The notes below the pieces were generated by a model. It was not told where the DNA came from. It worked only from the letters and a program-made list of their open reading frames with translations, and made no database searches. From contig NC_083286.1 in assembly GCF_963506605.1 (NCBI RefSeq), forward strand, positions 39,122,001 through 39,186,000: a stretch of DNA of 64,000 nt, in the 5' to 3' direction. This document shows, in pieces, positions 37,377 through 50,351 of the stretch; positions within the stretch are counted from its first letter, which is position 1, and each line of letters begins with the position of its first letter. The translations under genes were made by a program, and so were the position numbers. The DNA comes from Zootoca vivipara. Its lineage: Eukaryota.

Positions 37377-37671
37377 TACAGTAATCCAGATATTGATTGC
37401 CATCACTTGTGGGTTAAATCAAGGCAAAGTATTCTTATCTCACTGCATGTGTGTTAGCTAACACACATATATTGGTGTTGTCTATGGATGTTTCCTACAA
37501 ATGGTAGGAACACCTCTCAACAATGCTGAGTAAATTATCACCAATCTGCTACTGTAAAACATTAAAGGTATACCTATTTAACATAAATTCAAGCTCTAAT
37601 TACCACTGACTATTATTATTGCATCTCATTGCCATTCAACAATTTTCTACTCACTAACTAAGATTTCACAA

Positions 37672-37765
37672 ACCTCCAATGAAGAGGGCTAGAGTCCACA
37701 AAAGCTTATGCCATAATATATTTGTTAAGTCTTTTAGGTGCTATAAGAATCTTTGTTGTTTTTGT
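37672..37765 (+). mobile_element. Degraded Penelope-like end with dead hammerhead
   Basis: CCAATGAAGAGGGCTAGAGTCCACAAAAGCTTATGCC...TTAGGTGCT, homologous to the 1190-1300 copy. Confidence 0.6.
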
Positions 37766-38767
37766 ATAACTGTAGCTTCATGAAATGGAACAGAATAAAT
37801 GGATGCAGGCTGAGAAATTGAAGCAGATAAGTTTTGGGTGATTTGTCCAAATCACTGGATGAAAACAAATCATCATTTCCCCTACCAGTTTAGCATGCTT
37901 TGAAGCCTGTGTGCCCGGCCAGAAAATGTGAGAAATTATTTGCAAAAGATTGGTTCCTTTGGATTCTTTTATAATGATGCTATTATATTTCTCCGTCTAC
38001 AAAATTTGAACTCCAGTGCACACACTGGAGAAAATAACACATTCGTTTGCCAGTACTTCTGGGGAAGCCAAATTTCTAGCAAGAGTGACACTCAGAGTTT
38101 ATCCCAACCAACTTGGTTGAGTCTGCAATTATTTTCGCTCCTCTTTTTATTTCCTCTCCTTTCCTTATCCTATAGATGAGACGGCTGCTGCAGAAGATAC
38201 CAAGTACAGATTTTAATAAAGATTTGGAGATGGGTAGGGGCTTTATTTATTGTAAAATTGGAGAGGCTTCCCTTGTTTAATTTGATTCTCTTTCTAAATC
38301 AGTTCATCTGCAGGTCTCGTGTACGTTGGATGGGGAAGCAGAATGTCAACAGATATTTGATCATATTGCAGGTTGCCTTGTCATTGTTAACTCTGATGAT
38401 GATTGAGTGATTAAGAAGCTCATTTTCTGAACGTTGGTGGGGTGATCTGAGTAATGGACAGATACCTAAACAGCAGCAGTGTCTAGGTCACCGCTTTGAA
38501 CTTAACAGGTTTGACCTACTCTTCCTTTTGCATCCGTAACAATCCAACTCAAGCTTCTCTGGCTTCTGCCAGATTCTGAGAGTACATTTAATCATTTGCT
38601 TTTGTTGTTTACTTGCTTTTAATCTTGATATTTCCCTGTGAGTGAAATGAGCGCATTCAGCACAGCTTCCGTCTTTTTTGACACATCAACCTGTGACACA
38701 GCAACTCAGTTGTTTTTGAAAGACCTTGCCCATTCATTCTGAAACTCCTTTGTGTTTCAGTTTAAAG

Positions 38768-38893
38768 CATGTCCAGGAAACCTGTGGTCTTCCAGATGTT
38801 GGGCTTTGACTTCCATCAACTCCAGGCAGCATGTGAGGATGGTAGGAGTTGTAGTCCAGCAACATCTGGAAAGCTACAGGTTCCTCATCCCTG
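38768..38893. mobile_element. Short hAT-type MITE
   Basis: CCAGATGTT...AACATCTGG inverted structure. Confidence 0.65.
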
Positions 38894-39046
38894 GTTTTTT
38901 AAAAATAGAAATCTTACTGTTCTTATAGTGCTGTCAGACCCCAATCTGAACATTTCATACAGATATAACTAGGGGCAGGAAGCATCCAGCAAGCGGGCCA
39001 GATCCTGAGCTCCCCCACCTCCAGTGGACCTCCAGTGGACCACTTT

Positions 39047-39233
39047 TAGATGTCAAGGAAATAAACAACTATCTGACTTTTAGAAGACATCCGAAGGCAG
39101 CCCTGTTTAGGGAAGTTTTTAATGTTTGATGTTCTGTTGTGCTTTTAATTCTGTTGGAAGCTGCCCAGAGTGGCTGGGGAAACCCAGCCAGATGGGTGGG
39201 GTATAAATAATAAATTATTATATTATCATTATT
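39047..39233 (+). mobile_element. L2-type LINE 3' end
   Basis: Same family as 9067 and 59272. Confidence 0.8.
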
Positions 39234-39360
39234 ACAGGGCACCCTTATGTCAATCCCCTGGTTTCACCATGACATCGGGTGGCGCAATTTGAAAGGAAGG
39301 AATCAATAGCACATTCAAAGTGTCAAAAGCAGGGCTGACAGTTGACATTGAAGTTAAATT

Positions 39361-39455
39361 ATAGAGTTATAGAATCATAGAATTATAGAGTTGGAAGGGA
39401 CTATGATGGTCATCTAATCCAACCCCCTGCAATGCAGGAATCTTTCGCCCAACGT
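39361..39455 (-). mobile_element. CR1-like tail fragment
   Basis: ATAGAATCATAG..AGAGTTGGAAGGGAC..TCCAACCCCCTGC. Confidence 0.65.
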
Positions 39456-40324
39456 GAAGTCAATGCACAGAAAGACCTCAGTCCAGAAAAAGATGCTTGT
39501 ACATGAAATTAATGCATGGAGGTAGTTTTGTGACTAACTTGCCCCATTTATTTCAATATATCAGCAAAACAATACTTATAGAACTTTGTGGACAAAAGAA
39601 AAAATAACTACACACAAACACATATGCTGTACTTTCCTCTATTTTTATCACAGGCAAAGTCTAATGAAAATATTTTTTATAGGAAAAAAATTTTGCAGCA
39701 GAAAATAGGATGGTCCTTCTCAGATGAATGGAGAACTGAGCAAAGATAACTGTACATTTAATTCTCTGTAAAATTATTCATAGAATGTGTGGACACCATT
39801 GAAAATCATCCCATATTGACATTTCACCAGTTTTCTGGTGTGAGGAGGTAGCATAGTTGTGCTGCATATACAGCAGGATTTGAAAACATTCATCCATTTT
39901 CATGAAAGTACAAGGTCATCACAGAAAAGGGAGTTATTTAAGAGGTGACAGATGAGATTTCCCATCTTTCTGGTCCCTGAGCATATATCAGTCATAGAGG
40001 TGAGAGTGACCAGCAGCCATTGCCTTAAGCACAAAACTGAAGCAGTGAAAAGAAATTAGCATGTCAACCTTTTTAAGAACCCCATGGCTTCCTGTAGGGT
40101 GTCAGGATTTAACAAAATTCAATATATCAAGGGGAATGAATTGGGAGGTTTGGATTAACTAGGATGAATTCTATACTTCACCCTTCAGGATTTTGCGTCT
40201 ACAGAGCTGTTTGCCTAGGTTAGCTGTTTATACACTTGATCTTCATGACAGTGCAATTCTATGCATGTCTACTCAGAAGTACATCCAAGTGAGTTGAAAG
40301 GCATAAGGCTGCAGCACTGTCATG

Positions 40325-40555
40325 TTGATGATGATGATGATGATGATGTAGACCTAAATACCATCCTTCATCATAAGACCTCAGGGTGGTTCACAAGATA
40401 AAAATTCAAGGTAAAAGCACAAATAAATAGTTAAAACAAAACAACTAAACAATGAGCGCCCCCCACAAACACATTTACAAGACTGTAAGAATATTAATCA
40501 ACCAAAAGCCTGCCTGGCTGAAGAGAAACATTTTTGGCTGGCGCCTAAAGATATA
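40325..40555 (-). mobile_element. L2-like 3' fragment with (GAT)n tail
   Basis: Related to 54203-54390. Confidence 0.5.
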
Positions 40556-40650
40556 TAATTTACTAAGTTCATAAAGGTCTGCAACAAAAACAAATATACC
40601 AGTAATTCTCAGGTTCTGCAGTTCCCCTCAGCACATGCAGATTGTGAGTA

Positions 40651-40865
40651 CAGTGGTACCTTGGGTTACAGACGCCTCAGGTTACAGACTCTGCTAACCC
40701 AGAAATAGTACCTTGGGTTAAGAACTTTGCTTCAGGATGAGAACAGAAATCTTGCAGCGGCGGCGGGAGGCCCCATTAGCTAAAGTGGTACCTCAGGTTA
40801 AGAACAGTTTCAGGTTAAGAACGGACCTCCAGAACAAATTAAGTTCTTAACCTGAGGTACCACTG
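40651..40865. mobile_element. Tc1/mariner MITE
   Basis: CAGTGGTACCT/AGGTACCACTG TIRs, TA TSD. Confidence 0.92.
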
Positions 40866-41996
40866 TAGGTTTTTCCCATAACTGCAATATGTACCATCTT
40901 TTTGAGCCAGTTATGTTATGACCTTTATGGTACTCAGGACTGCAGACAGGTTGGGTAACTGAATAAGGATATATAAAGCTCTCTGTCAGGGCTCTTAACA
41001 AAGGTCTGCAGCAGTGTTTTCCCTAATCCATGGGTGGGGGACAAGTTGTGAAAATGATGTTTCATCCTGATGTTCTCACATTATAAATCTCTCCATTTTC
41101 ACTCCACATCATTGGCCATTGCTGGCTGAGGGAGAGAAATGTATAAGATTTAGACATCAGGAGATGGGGTAAGTTTTATTATATGTTACAGAAGGGTAAA
41201 GCATGGCAATGGAGTTGCCATTTTTAGCAACAGCAGCGTTTTCAACAGATCTCCCTAGAACATTGACAGCTGCCTTTACATTATTGGCTTCTATACTGTG
41301 CCAGCTTATTAAAGATATTGCAAAATATTATACCTTTCACAAGCAAACTCACTGTCTTTATTGAAAGTGTAAAGAACTCTCTGCTAATTATTCCAGAAAG
41401 ATAAAGTGGGAAACTTAAAGGCAAGGAGGAGGAAGAGGAAGAATAAGAATAAGAACTTTTGTGGATCTCCTGTGTTCTCATCTTCTAAGGATTCATTATT
41501 TGGGTCATTAAATAGTTAATTCTTTATAGCAAAAGTCATTTATCTCCCAAGTCTCATTAGAGTCTTTCATTATTAAAATGTCAGTATTCAAGGTTAACCA
41601 TTTACCTCAGTTTCACTTGGACTCTTGCACACAAACTTCAATTTCACCTTCTATACATCATGGGGGGAAATCAGTCTACATGAGCTGGCATCAATCTCCA
41701 AATCAGCTAAAGCAAGTTTGCAATCCCTGGGATGTGATTCAATTTTAAACTTCACACATGACCAAGTAAATTAGCAGGAGATTAATTTTCTTACAACTAG
41801 ACTAGAACAGATGGTTAAACAATGGTCTCAATTATAGCTCCCTGCACATGTCTTTAATCGCTTTTTCTACAATACTTTTTTTTTAGGCAATAGCAACATA
41901 ATAACTGTCTTTTAAAAATCAGTCTAAAGTCCATATTGTCCTGTCCTATTGTATCATTACAACAGGCAGCAAAACATCTATGGGAAGTTCCAAGGA

Positions 41997-42144
41997 AAGG
42001 AGGAGGAGGAGGAGGAGGAGGAGGAGGAGGAGGAGGAGGAGGAGGAGGAGTTTGGATTTGATATCCCGCTTTATCACTACCTGAAGGAGTCTCAAAGCGG
42101 CTAACATTCTCCTTTCCCTTCCTCCCCCACAACAAACACTCTGA
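41997..42144 (-). mobile_element. 3' half of tRNA-derived SINE with long (GGA)n tail
   Basis: Matches the 3' part of 34996-35245. Confidence 0.85.
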
Positions 42145-42541
42145 ACGTAATAGCTCTTCTTTGTCCATTGCATCTCATAATTTGTCCATTGCATCTCATA
42201 AGTATTCTGCCAAAGAGCAAGGTGCTGTTCTTATGACATTAGGTCTTATCATCATTGACACTACCTCTATTAATTTTCTTATAATTTTCTTAAAGAAGCC
42301 CTAACCTCATATGGATTTTCAAACTACCCCAAGCTGACCTCTTTCACTCCAGTCTAGGTTAGTCATCTCTGTGTGTGTTAGATGATATATCAGGTGCATT
42401 TGTGTGGTAACACATTGGGTAGCCTACATGGTAAAATGATTGTCTGCCAGTAGCCTATGGCAATCAATTCTGTCAGTTGATTAGGAGCTGTTTTGTTTGT
42501 GTGGAATTTAGCATAACTCAGTTTCAATGAACTCAAGAGTA

Positions 42542-42766
42542 CAGTGGTACCTCTAGTTACGAACTTAATTCATTCCAGAGGTCCGTTCTTAACCTGAAAC
42601 TGTTCTTAACTAGAGGCGTGCTTTCGCTAATGGGGCCTCTTGCTGCCGCTGTGCCGCCAGCACACGATTTCCGTTCTCATCCTGGGGCAAAGTTCTCAAC
42701 TCAAGTTAACTCTTTCAGGTTAGCGGAGTTTGCAACCTGAAGCGTTTGTAACTCGAGGTACCACTG
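42542..42766. mobile_element. Tc1/mariner MITE (40651 family, opposite orientation)
   Basis: CAGTGGTACCTC/GAGGTACCACTG TIRs, TA TSD. Confidence 0.92.
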
Positions 42767-45700
42767 TACTAGCACTTTCAGAGCAAATAACGTCTCAATA
42801 TTCAGAAAAGCCCTTACCAAAGACCTATCTAGTCCAGCATTATGATCTAATCGTGGCCAACTATGCAAAGCCCAGAAGCAGGACATGAGCTCAACAGTAC
42901 TCTCCCCAGTTGTGATTCCAGTTATTAACCATAGTAGCTATTCGCAACCTCCATGTTCCCAAAAGTAGTGCATCTCTGAATACCAAAAAAATAAATTCTA
43001 GACTAGGAGGACCTTAATTCTGTTCTAGCAGGCCTCAGTTGGGGTCTGTCATCTTCAAGCCCAGAACCTGACACTCTGTAGGCAGCTGCCCCAGCAAAGT
43101 CTCCCACACACTGAAAAACTTGCATCTGTGAGCCATCTTCTTATGTTTGCCTCAATGTCCCCACAGCCAAAGCCTTCGGTCCACCATTCTCACAATGCCC
43201 CAGAGCAATGCTACGTCAAGAGCATCGTGGAGAATTTAACATGAGCATGAAGGACATGAGAAGAGCCCTGCTGGATCAGGCCAAAGGCCCATCTTGTTCA
43301 GCATCCTGTTCTCATAGCAGCCCAACAGATTCTCATGGGAAGCCCATAAACAAGACCTGAGTACAACAGCGCTCTCCCTACTTGCAATTCCCAGCAACTG
43401 GCATGGGGGGGGGGCAGAAAAATACCAGAGGTCACTTTGCTGAGGATCCCCTCCAACCTAGAGCCAGCCAGTCATAGCTGACCATGGAACCGTTCAGTAT
43501 GACTGTCTTCTCCTTGAACTTCAGCCTGCGAAGGAAAAGATGCAGGGTGCCTAGCGCAGAGAAGTCACTATGCAGAACATTTTTGGATCTATCAGTTAAA
43601 TATGTTAAATTAAGCTGTGATTTATATATCTTATGTGGCAGAAACATGCCTCTTGCCTTGATTATAGAAAGAGCTAAAGGCCCAAACTGATTTTCTGTCT
43701 AATCATGTAAGAGCTCACTGATTCACCTCTGACTATTATTTGGCAGGAAGGAAGAAGTGGTATTTGGCATATATTGTGTTAATACATAAAAATCGACACA
43801 CTGGATCGATTAATAAATGTAAAGCCTGTGCACTTAGGATGCTATACAGCCTATAGGCACAGCAAAGTGCCCTACTTTGTTCCAGATAAATGGGCTGCCT
43901 GGGTCCAAGCCCAGTTACTCTGTATGTTCAGTAAAACTGAATTGAAAAAATGGTGCCCTTGCATTTGGAATCTGCCACTTAAAACCCCAATAGCTACATT
44001 TTAGACCACAGTAGAGGCTACATTAGAAAAGACTGTTTTCTTTTATTCAAAAATGTACTGAATGGATACCAGGTTCAGCTGTAGGGTAAAAGGAGAATCC
44101 AATTTTCCAAACAAAAGTCTAGACTTTTTTTTTACTTGATAAGCTGACATTGAACGTTTGGCCCATGACAGCTGTGCCCATAAACATGGCATACAAGAGA
44201 TGTGGAAAGTAGATGGTGAACTGGTGAATTAAGCACCCTGAATCATTAGCTGCAGGGTATTCTGACTTTCTCCTTGCCATAGAACTATTAAAGAAACAGT
44301 CTATGACCCTAAGAGAAAGAAACAAGATACTTTTAAAACCTTCCATCGTGTTATAGTCTTCTGTACTCTGGTTGGTTCAGGTCTCTTGTGATCATGTACT
44401 TCAAATATATTTCTCCCCCTTTCATAATTGGAAAATTATCTTCAAGTCTCAAGTTGCACCACAAAGGAAGGAATGGTCTGTTGATAAAAATTGCAATTAG
44501 TAGATGTCTTTTCTGCACTGTCTAACCTCTAAGGCTTGAAGAAACCTGAAGTACAAGGAATAAGTTCAGCTTTCCTTTTATGTTAGGGTAGTCTCCAAAT
44601 TTACATTGACTGGAGATGTGGACTTTACTCATGAGCAGGCTCAGCATCTCTGAAGCATATGTTGTTGGCTCTCATGGGCATATTAGCCATTGAATAACTG
44701 GCATCAAAAACTGGTGGGTGGGTGGGTAAGAACTGTCACAGATAAAGTGCTGCAGACAAAGCTTTCATAAGAACTTCAGGCAAAATCCATGGATCTGCAA
44801 CAGGTTCACACATTCCTCTATGATTAATTCCCTGCCAAGCAATCAAGTGTTAAATACGAATGTGTGAAATGGCATTCCCCCAACTGCAGTCTATTCTACC
44901 ACTTTATTCTGCTGCAGGTCTAGACCAAGGCTGAGACTTGACAGTTTATATGCCTGTTGGCAACAAAACATGAAAAATAGAGTGCAGCTTCTCTTCAGCC
45001 TTGCTGAAACTAGTTGTTCAAACAAATATAATTACATTGCATTAAGTTCTTTCTAAAGTTCCGTTTGTCTTTCAGTTTCGTTGAATATTAGCCTTAAAAC
45101 ACCTATGATCAGATTAATCCCAGCTTTATCCACATATCTCTGTATTTTGGAATTTGACAGCAGAAGACAAACAAACTCTCTCTAGATTTGGGGAGATTTC
45201 TTTTCCCAGAGCTTTTGGGGAACCGGTGCACTGAGCCATCTGTTTGCAATATAAAGCGACAGAGATAATATAAACCTTTTTATTGGAACATTTGTCAAGT
45301 CTGTTTTTTCAGGAATCAAGAAGCAGCCACACACTTAGCAGAACTCGCTGGCTCACTCTCCCTTTCTATATAAATGGGTAGCAGCCAGAACATCTGCTGC
45401 CGCTCCCCCACTAGCCTTATACCCTCATAGGCTTCAGTTATAAGAAGGATGGGTGAACCCTCACCGATAATTTTGGAGGATATTGTAAGCAAATCAGTTG
45501 ACTCATCAGCTGCAGAGGTTGGTTGCTACTGCATCTGAATGGCTGCCACATTTGAAGGCTGCTCCCCCCCCCCCGAGAGCCACTTTTAAAAGAAAACAAA
45601 CAAAACTACAACGTTCTAACGGCTATCTATTAGCAGCTCTTCTGCTAGGGGTGGAAGGGTCTGTCAATTTTGGTTCCCTCATTTTTCCAATCTTAAATTC

Positions 45701-45899
45701 AGTTCACCACATTGCTGCAGCTATTTGCAATTGGGGGGGGGGGAGTTATCATGAAAGTTCTGCAGCATTTCCCTTAACAAATCATATTTCTATGTACTGT
45801 AGGTTTTGACTAACGTGCACCTTTTTGCAAGCGATTTCCATTATATCATACATTTTCCTATATTGTTTCCCCTTATATGTGACGTTCTTGCATGTTGAT

Positions 45900-46325
45900 C
45901 TAGGTTGCCCGGGTTCTGAGATCTCTGGGAGAGTCCCTTCTCTCAGTCCCTCCACCCTCACTGGCATGCTTGGTGGGGACCTGGGAGAGGGCCTTCTCAG
46001 TCGCTGCTCTCAGAGTTTAGAACTCCCTCCCTAGAGAAGCTAGACAGGCTCCCTGCTTGCTGTCCTCCTGCCAGCAGGAGAAGACTTTCCTGTCGCTCGC
46101 TACAGGCTTTTGGGAATTGATTGCTTTTAATCAGGGTTGGTGCCATTCTGCTTTTATTGCAAGTATTATTATGTTTTAAACAGATTTTAAATATTCATAT
46201 AGTTTTAATTCTTTCAAGGTTTAATTGTATTATAATGATTGATTTCTCTGTTTTTAGCCGTTCTTGTTTTAATCTGTAAGCCGCCTTGAATCCTGTCGGA
46301 GAAGAAGGTGGGGCATAAATAAATA
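45900..46325 (+). mobile_element. Older L2-type LINE 3' fragment
   Basis: GAGAGGGCCTTCTCAGT..GAACTCCCTCCC, T-rich UTR, TGTAAGCCGCCTTGA..AAATAAAT end. Confidence 0.65.
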
Positions 46326-46448
46326 TTGGACAACAATGTCCTTCATCCACTCACCCCCATTCCAGCATGCAGTAACAATGCAGGTGAGCTCTGCTACGTA
46401 CCCCTGCTGTCTGCTTCTGCCCCAGCCAACACCCTTCTCTGGTCCTGC

Positions 46449-46782
46449 ATTGAATTCTGAGTGTTTTTCCCTGGCTGGAATGCATCCTTGAACTTTGGCC
46501 ATGCCTTTTGCTTGCTTAGATGGAAGATAGAAAGAGGTGTGTGGATGTGTGTAAAAACTAGCCTACTATACAAAGCTGCCAAGTTATCCCTTTTTTAAAG
46601 GGATTTTCCCTTATGCTGAATAGGCTTCCTCGCGAGAAAAGGGAAAACTTGGCAGCTATGTATAGTAGGCTAGTTTTTACACACATCCACACACCTCTTT
46701 CTATCTTCCATCTAAGCAAGCAAAAGGCATGGCCAAAGTTCAAGGATGCATTCCAGCCAGGGAAAAACACTCAGAATTCAAT
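46449..46782. repeat. 334-bp palindrome: perfect 122-bp inverted arms around a hAT MITE
   Basis: 46449-46570 is the reverse complement of 46661-46782. Confidence 0.95.
46571..46660. mobile_element. 90-bp hAT MITE (6854 family) lacking a direct TSD
   Basis: CAAAGCTGCCAAGTT/AACTTGGCAGCTATG; aligns along its length to the reverse complement of 6854-6943. Confidence 0.9.
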
Positions 46783-47925
46783 TGCTCCACCCACTTTGGC
46801 ATATGATACCTTCCACCCTCAAAAGGCTGTCTAGAGGGAAATTTGGCCCTCAGACCAAAGAAGGTTCCCCACTCTATTTTAGAACTTGGCTCTGGTTGGT
46901 AGGTTCTAGTGAGCCTCAAATCTGCTCTATTTGATGGTCTCTCTGGGGACAGCGCTCTATATGGAGAACTCCTCTATTTGAATGACTGCCTGGTCCAAGT
47001 CCGATTTCTAAAAAAGAACAATATTTTAAATTAATAGCAACTTCAGTGTGAAGGATTTCAAAAAGTGTCAGAACCTGGAAAGTCAAGGGAGCTGCAGTAA
47101 TATGCCTTTATTCAAGAACTCATTTAAGGAACATGAAATATCTTCAAAGCCACCACTAAGTTTAAAGCATGGTGAAGATGAAAAGCCCTGCCGCCCACCC
47201 CAAAATGCTCTCAGCGATTAGATTCTCTGCACGGCAAAATTCCTTCAGTGGTGAAATTACCCTCCCAGATTCAAATGTGTTAAAAGGTCAAAGGAAGACT
47301 TGAGAATGAAGCTGCTGAACAGCATGGCGCCTGGAAAATTACTGAACAAATCATTTTTAACTTCCATATATGTCTAACGTTTACACAATTAAACTTTCAT
47401 GAATACCCATAAGGGATGTTGGGGCCAACTCCAGAAACCCTAAATTGCTTGCTAAAAATGGTAGTAGAAGTCTATCCTGTTTATTGCTGAAATGACATTT
47501 GTAGCGATGATAGCAGATTATTTTATGTACTGTATTAAATAACTTTGAAAAAAGTCGAGTGCAGTTTGAAGGAAGCTCTGTTTGGGCTTGTAAAACCCAT
47601 GAACAGTGAGCAGGGAGAGTGGGAACAAGTGTCCTATGCTCCGCCCCCCGCCCCCAATTGCTATCCCCATTTCCCCTCCAACTTATGGAATCAGGGAACC
47701 TCCTCTACCCATAGAGGCTCCCCACATGTGTTAGAACTCCAGTTCTGCAGAGATCTAAATTGCACAGGAAGCTTCCACAAGTAGAGGTGGCTCTGCACAG
47801 GGATGGAGCTGTGAAAGGCAGTGGAGCTTAATACACTTGTTCCCACTCTCTCTTTTCATGGTGGTTTTATGTCAGCCCCGGCCAATGGTCATGCTTCCTG
47901 GGGCTGATGGGACTTTGGCAACATC

Positions 47926-48490
47926 TGGAGGGTAGCTAATGCTGCAGAAGACAGGACTGGTATTCAAGATTACCTTTAATAGATTGGAGAACTGGGCCAA
48001 GACAAACAAAATGAATTTCAATAGGGACAAAAGTAAGGTTCTACACTTAGGCAGGAATAACCAGCTGCACAAATATAAATGACTTGCCAGTAATACATGT
48101 TAAAAAGATCTAGGGGTCTTAGTAGACCACAAGGTTAGCATGAGACAACAGTGTGATGCAGCAGCAAAAAATATATGCTAAAAATAGCAAATGCTATTCT
48201 AGGCTGCATCAACAGAAGTGTAATGTCCAGATCAAGGGAACTAATAGTTCCGCTCTACTCTGCCTTAGTAAGACCACACTTGGAATACTGTGTCCAGTTC
48301 TGAGCACCACAATTTAAGAAGTATATTGACAATCTGGAACTTGTGCAGAGGAGACCAAGGTGATAAAGCATATGGAAACCAAGCCTAATGAGGAACAGCT
48401 GAGAGAGTTGGGTATGTTTAGTCTGGAGGAGGAGACTGAGAGGAAATATGATAGCCATCTTCAAATATTTGAAGGGCTCACATGGAAGAT
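47926..48490 (+). mobile_element. Degraded CR1 LINE RT fragment
   Basis: Homologous to 50352-51210, with stops and indels. Confidence 0.85.
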
Positions 48491-50351
48491 GATACAGTAT
48501 AGTCAAATACTGGGTGATCTGCCTGCTGTCCAGTGTTAACATTTGGTAGGCAATTTCAAGGGTCTCCTGCCTTCTTGTGGTTCTTCATCTTTGAACTGGT
48601 CTTGTACATACACACAGCCTTTCAAACAAGAAACTTCTTCAAACAGGGCAGGAGTAGAGTCCCTCTGCCCAGCAGACCTAATTAGGCCTAAAATTTGTAC
48701 AATGAAGCCCTTTTGGCCAAGATTTGTTTGCCTACCCTACACCTGGCACCAGATATGACATCAGGTATGGGGCAGGTAAAGATGTAGCTGAACCAAATTG
48801 AATTTGCAGGCATTGCCAATCAGCTGATTGGTGGTCCCTTTTCAGCCCCATGCAGAGCACTTAAGAACATAAGAAGAGCCTGCTGGATCAACCCAATGGC
48901 CCATCTTGTATGTCACTTATGGGGCAGCCAAACAAACTGCAGCATGACAACAGCCTTACATTTTTATGTATATAGGAAGATAGATATATGATTTCCACTG
49001 ATATTCTGTGCTTCTTAATCACCCACAATATTCCTTGTTTGTAACCTTCTTAATTGCAGGGAGGAAAAGACTAAAACAATCATGTGCTGTTGATAGTGGT
49101 GGCAGTGATTGTTTTTAATCAACCCTTCATGTTCACATACAACAGATGACAATGGCCAAATGAGCTTGGTCATTTGGTACAGATTGCAGTATCACAGACA
49201 ACTAATACATGGTGTCACAAAGAGAAACAGCTCTCAGGGAATAACAAACACCAAAAGACAAAGCTAGCTGCCCGCACATCTTTTATGGTACCTCTCTGAT
49301 TTTCCAATGCTTGATCTCTTCTCTTTGCATTGCTGCCGCATTGCTCAGCCTGTGAAATGTTGTGTCTCATGCCAATAAGTGATAAAGAAAAACCACAGCA
49401 CATCTAGCAACACATCAAGCAAAAAGGGAGGCAGTGCACTATGGGATTCCACTTCACTGGCTTCAAAGATCTTTTTTATTTTCAGTTTTTAAGTTTATAG
49501 CTGATTTATTTGTTTGCTTCTAGTTTGCATCCCTCAGAACCTCTTTGTCTTTGGGAATGCTATAGTGCAATAAACACATGTAAACAGAAGGTTGTGCCAC
49601 TTGGTAGAAGAAAAAACTTATTAATTCTGATTTCTTAATGTTGCTTGGGTGTTTTATGAACAAACGGAACAACTTCTATAAAACGGCATAATCGAGTGCA
49701 GTGGATTTACTTACAGATCACCAAATATGAAAAATAAATGAGCATTCAAGTGGATGTTGGTAGCCTGAAGCTACATAATAAAGAAGCTGGGCTCTTTTTT
49801 GGTAAATATTTGTGGAGAGCAGGCATGAAAACCGATGAGGTGCCTCAACTCGTGTACTATTTGATTTATTTTACAATGAAAGACTCCCTGACAATCAACA
49901 ACTCCTGATGTTGCTGGACTCAAACTCAAATCATCCCCAGCCAGCATGTTCAGTGATTGGGGTGAGGGGAGTTATGGGCTGCATTCACGTGGCAGCTTAT
50001 CTAGTTCCCCATACTATTCATTTCTGTATTATTCTTGCACTTTCACACAATGTAAGACTGCAGCTTTCAGGTCTGCTCCCAAAGCCCCACCCTCAGGCTG
50101 CCACAGATGTCTGAATTCCCCCGCCACTGGCGCTCTAGCCCTCTCAGCAATTGTTTCATCGCTCTTAGCTCCAGGAAAAACCATGGAGCCATCCAGCCTC
50201 CATGCAACTGGAGCCAGAGAGTTGCTAGCCCTGGTTAACTCCACATTGAACATGGGATAAGACTTCCCCTACAACCCTTTGGAAACCATTTGGATCCATT
50301 AAGTGGCAGGGGTGGACCATTCTAATCGGTCCCACCTCCCTGCGGAGGGGA

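Noticed and set aside
46394-46834. Duplicated peptide (SRLVFTHIHTPLSIF...) on both strands
   Set aside because: Trivial consequence of the DNA palindrome
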